A DNA stretch of 11,133 bases from Candidatus Dormiibacterota bacterium. GTDB taxonomy: Bacteria; Chloroflexota; Dormibacteria; Aeolococcales; Aeolococcaceae. Below, in pieces: positions 8,024 to 11,133 of this stretch. The translations under genes and the position numbers were made by a program. The notes under the pieces were generated by a model. The model was not told the origin of the DNA. It ran no database searches and saw nothing but the letters and a program-made list of their open reading frames with translations. The DNA is taken from contig CAVPXI010000017.1 in assembly GCA_963709585.1 (NCBI GenBank), positions 1 through 11,133 on the forward strand. The letters are read 5' to 3'. Positions within the stretch are counted from its first letter, which is position 1, and each line of letters opens with the position of its first letter.

Positions 8024-8689
8024 ATGTGTTTTTCCGCTGAGGCCGATCTCTGCACGGGAATCGTTGTCGGTGCGGTCGGCATCGATGCGCTTCGCCATAT
8101 CCGCAAGCCGCACCAGATAGCGCTTGCGGCGACTCCGATACTCTTTGCCGTCCACGAGGTCGACGAGTCCTTCGTCTGGTGGGGACTACACGGGCAGGTT
8201 GCGTTTCCGGTCGAGCATGCGGCGATCTACATCTTCCTGGCCGTCGCCTTCGTGCTGCCCTTTTGGGTGCCGTTCGCGATGCTGGGTGTTGAGACCAAGG
8301 TGCATCGCCGTCAGCTCATGGGTGCGCTGCTCGTGGTGGGCACGGTCACCACCGTGGTTCTGCTGGTTGCGATCGTCCGGGGCCCAGTGGGCGCCACCAT
8401 CGATGGGTCGCATATCGCGTATTCAGCGGACATCAGCTACGCCGGCATTCTCATCGCCCTTTACGTCGTCGCCACCTGCGGCTCCTGCCTGGTGGCGACC
8501 AACGGGTGGCTGGTGCTCCTCGGCCTCGCAAACCTGGGTGCGGTGATCGCGTTCGGATGGATCACCTTCACAGGCTTCACGTCGCTGTGGTGCGCATGGG
8601 CAGCGCTGACCTCAGTGGCGATTGCCGTCTACCTGCGCCGAAGCGCACGCGCGTCTTCGTCATCCGGCCTGGTGCTGCAGGGCCAGTGA
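8024..8689 (+). CDS. Multi-pass membrane protein, DUF6629-like (221 aa)
   Basis: N-terminal MCFSAEADL, the segment PILFAVHEVDESFVWW, a C-terminal FTSLWC, and about 6-7 hydrophobic segments. The family is recognised from recalled motifs. Confidence 0.75.
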   Translation: MCFSAEADLCTGIVVGAVGIDALRHIRKPHQIALAATPILFAVHEVDESFVWWGLHGQVAFPVEHAAIYIFLAVAFVLPFWVPFAMLGVETKVHRRQLMGALLVVGTVTTVVLLVAIVRGPVGATIDGSHIAYSADISYAGILIALYVVATCGSCLVATNGWLVLLGLANLGAVIAFGWITFTGFTSLWCAWAALTSVAIAVYLRRSARASSSSGLVLQGQ

Positions 8690-8714
8690 ATCCGGGATAC
8701 GGGTTGAAGCTAAG

Positions 8715-9914
8715 ATGACGGCCATGCTTCCGTCATCGACGGCTCCGAATCGGCGCTCGTCGACGTGGAGCACGTCGCCGGAAGGCCCACTCCGAGTTGC
8801 GTGGTTTGGCCACGGCGGGGGACGGCGGGCTGACGGGCTGAGCTCATACAGCGCCACCACGGTCGGCGCGCTCCGCCAGCACGGCGTGGAAGTAGCGTTC
8901 TTTTTCCATCGGCACGACGGGGATGCGGTTCCGGTCGCGCAGGCCATCTCGCTCTCTGCGGCTCGATTCAAGACAGTGATCATGCCCTCGCCAGGGACGG
9001 CGGCACGCATCGCGCACGAGCTCACGGACTTCCGCCCCGACGTCGTGCACATATCACTGAGCTTCTCGCTGCTGGACACGTGGCTGCTTGCCCATTGCCG
9101 CCGGCTCGGGATTCCGACCATTGCGACGGTCCACCTTCCGTATGCGCGAGCACGGAGTGGCCGCGGACGTGTGCTCCACGCTCTGTATCGCTTTCATGCG
9201 CACACCCTGTCATTGGTGGACCGCTGCATCGCCCTGAGCAACGGCCAGCGAGACCTGCTCGTCTCGGTTGGCTGCGATCGCGATCGCATCGACGTCCTGC
9301 CCAATGGTGTCGATACCAGCGAAATCAGCCCCGGACCCTCGAGAATCCGATCGCGTCTTGGAGGCACGTTCGTGGTCGGCTTCATGGGCCGGCTCGATCC
9401 GGAAAAGCGCGCCCTCGAATTGGTCCATGCCTTCCAACGGCGACGGTGGTCGGATGACGATCGACTGGTCATCGCGGGGAGCGGCTCCCAACAGCTTCGG
9501 ATCAGCCGCATCGCCGAGCACGACCCACGCATCGTCGTGCTCGGTGCGATCCATGATCGGCGCGAGGTCATCGATCTGCTGCGTGGTATCGACGTTTTCG
9601 TTCTCCCTTCCACGGCCGAGGGTCTGTCGCTCTCCCTGCTCGAAGCCATGGCGGCCGGGTGTGCAGTAGTGGCGACTGACGTGGGCGACGATGGGCCGCT
9701 GGTCTCGGGGGCCGGGATGGTCCTTGCCGCCTATCCACTGGAGCCGTCGCTCGGAACAGTGCTGGAGACGCTCCGGGCCGACCCGACGTTGCGCCGCGAG
9801 TTGGGATCACTGGCCCGCCGGCGAGTGAACGACAGCTACTCGAGTGCAGTGACGGTTGAAGGGCTGATGAGCATGTATGAGCGCTTGGCGCTTCGGAAGC
9901 TGGCGGTCGCGTAG
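8715..9914 (+). CDS. GT4 retaining glycosyltransferase (about 399 aa), resembling cyanobacterial DgdA/Ycf82
   Basis: PDVVH, ATVH, LPNGVD, GFMGRLDPEK and the E-x7-E motif DVFVLPSTAEGLSLSLLEAMAAG, followed by ATDVG. The start is ATG 8715 or 8724. GT4 is secure; the DgdA similarity is from recall only. Confidence 0.9.
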   Translation: MTAMLPSSTAPNRRSSTWSTSPEGPLRVAWFGHGGGRRADGLSSYSATTVGALRQHGVEVAFFFHRHDGDAVPVAQAISLSAARFKTVIMPSPGTAARIAHELTDFRPDVVHISLSFSLLDTWLLAHCRRLGIPTIATVHLPYARARSGRGRVLHALYRFHAHTLSLVDRCIALSNGQRDLLVSVGCDRDRIDVLPNGVDTSEISPGPSRIRSRLGGTFVVGFMGRLDPEKRALELVHAFQRRRWSDDDRLVIAGSGSQQLRISRIAEHDPRIVVLGAIHDRREVIDLLRGIDVFVLPSTAEGLSLSLLEAMAAGCAVVATDVGDDGPLVSGAGMVLAAYPLEPSLGTVLETLRADPTLRRELGSLARRRVNDSYSSAVTVEGLMSMYERLALRKLAVA

Positions 9915-9982
9915 GGTCCTGGCTCTACGCGGGCTGGCCTCCCGCTTCAGCGGCCTCGGGATCAATCGGCTTCAATGGTGGA

Positions 9983-10467
9983 ATGCGCGGTTGTCAAGGC
10001 GTGGTCGTTGTCGCGCTGGCGGCCGCCGTGGTCGTCTGCAGTTGCACCACGACCCCCCCCAGGGTGGCCACATCACCCTCTCCAACACCGTCCGTCGCCC
10101 CGATTGGACCGCTGGTCGCTCCGCCCGCGGTCATGGCACTTGCCCGGATGTTCGCGGACCAGTTTGCCGCCGGCCGGTACGAGGCGCAGTGGGAAGAGCT
10201 GTCACCCGAGACGCAGGCGACGTGGCCGTCTGAAGGGGCGAGAACTGACATGCTCGCGGCCAAATTCGGGGGCGAGGTGACGGCGGTCAGCCTCGGCTCG
10301 CCGGAACTTGACCCCGTGTGGACGGAACCTGAGGACCCGGCCGGGCAGGTCACGGATGTCTGGACCGTGCCCGTCGACGTCACATTCCGGTCGCCGCAGT
10401 CGCTGCGCCCGGCGGGCGTGGCGGGTCTCTTCTCGATGACCCCGCTCGAGATCACCACCGGGCCGGG
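9983..10467 (+). CDS. Putative lipoprotein, N-terminal part only (interrupted at a junction)
   Basis: MRGCQGVVVVALAAAVVVCS-C lipobox-like signal, a Pro/Ser/Thr linker TTTPPRVATSPSPTPS, then A..FADQFAAGRYEAQWEELSP, which resembles an NTF2-like N-terminus. The ORF tail after about 10467 is off-frame read-through into the GH55 fragment. Confidence 0.65.
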
Positions 10468-10469
10468 TT

Positions 10470-11133
10470 ACTGTTGTGCTCGGTCTGGGTTACCCAACGT
10501 TGATCCCGACAAACGGGAACGCGTCCATGACCGTTGCTGAAGGGAAGGGAACTCTGATCTCGGGAATCATCTTTGACGCCGGGTCTGAACAGTTTCCTGT
10601 GTTATTGAAGTGGGAAGCGGCTGCGAACATTTCGGCTGCGGCCACCGGGGCAACGATGCCGCCTCCGACCCGCCGGGTCTTTACGATGTGTTCTTCCGCA
10701 TCGGCGGCGCCGAGCCGGGAAAGGCGACGACCAGCCTGGTGGTCAACAGCGACAATCTGATCCTTGATGACATCTGGGCATGGCGCGCCGATCACGGCGA
10801 TGGCGTAGGCTGGACCGACAACACTGCGGACACCGGTGTGATAGTCAACGGCAATAATGTGACTGCTTACCCGGCCTTTTCGTGGAGCACTATCAGAAAT
10901 ATGAAGTGATCTGGAACGGCGATGGCGGAACCGATATTTTTTTCCAGAACGAAATGCCTTACGATCCGCCTAGTCAGGCGGCATGGATGGAGGCTTCCGG
11001 CGTGGATGGTTGGGGCCGCTTTCAAGGTTACCAAGTCCGTGACTAGCTTTAGCGGATATGGCATGGGCAGCTACAGCTTCTTCAACCAGGGCGTGAACAT
11101 TTACGCGGCGAACGCGTTTGAGGTTCCCGCGAC
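10470..11133 (+). CDS. Internal/C-terminal fragment of a bacterial GH55 exo-beta-1,3-glucanase (frameshifts at about 10608, 10870 and 11012; no N-terminus; runs off the right edge)
   Basis: Joined frames read TVVLGLGYPTLIPTNG...IIFDAG...LYDVFFRIGGA..GKATTSLVVNSDNLILDDIWAWRADHG..VGWTDNTADTGVIVNGNNVTAY/GLFVEHYQKYEVIWNGDGGTDIFFQNEMPYDPPSQAAW...YGMGSYSFFN. The E-x21-E-x2-Y spacing matches Glu480/Glu502/Tyr505 of Streptomyces SacteLam55A as I recall it. Confidence 0.88.

Noticed and set aside
8622-8714. Upstream start of the GT4 overlapping the membrane protein gene
   Set aside because: It is a non-ATG start overlapping the previous CDS by 68 nt. ATG 8715 or 8724 is more plausible.
10468-10540. 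C-terminal YCCARSG... tail of the 185-aa ORF
   Set aside because: Off-frame translation of the GH55 fragment past the junction.

Overview
High-GC bacterial DNA with many single-base frameshifts in otherwise intact genes, most likely low-coverage or long-read sequencing errors. Left to right it contains: a partial SDR oxidoreductase (-); a small CxC...C...H protein (-) divergent from a TetR regulator (+) across a palindromic operator; a small predicted lipoprotein (-); a second TetR (-) divergent from a DHA2 (EmrB/QacA-type) MFS exporter (+); a secreted right-handed beta-helix protein (+); a 70-aa secreted peptide (-); and a type II NADH dehydrogenase (-) divergent from a probable operon of Usp, a DUF6629-like membrane protein, a GT4 glycosyltransferase and a lipoprotein (+). 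At about 10450-10470 the lipoprotein runs abruptly into the middle of a lower-GC GH55 exo-beta-1,3-glucanase gene, probably a chimeric junction. The most interesting observation is that the GT4 resembles, as far as I can recall the family, the cyanobacterial DGDG synthase DgdA/Ycf82, in a context that does not look cyanobacterial. This suggests an uncharacterised stress-linked glycolipid module. No rRNA, tRNA, CRISPR array or mobile element was seen. All family assignments come from motif recognition, not database searches.
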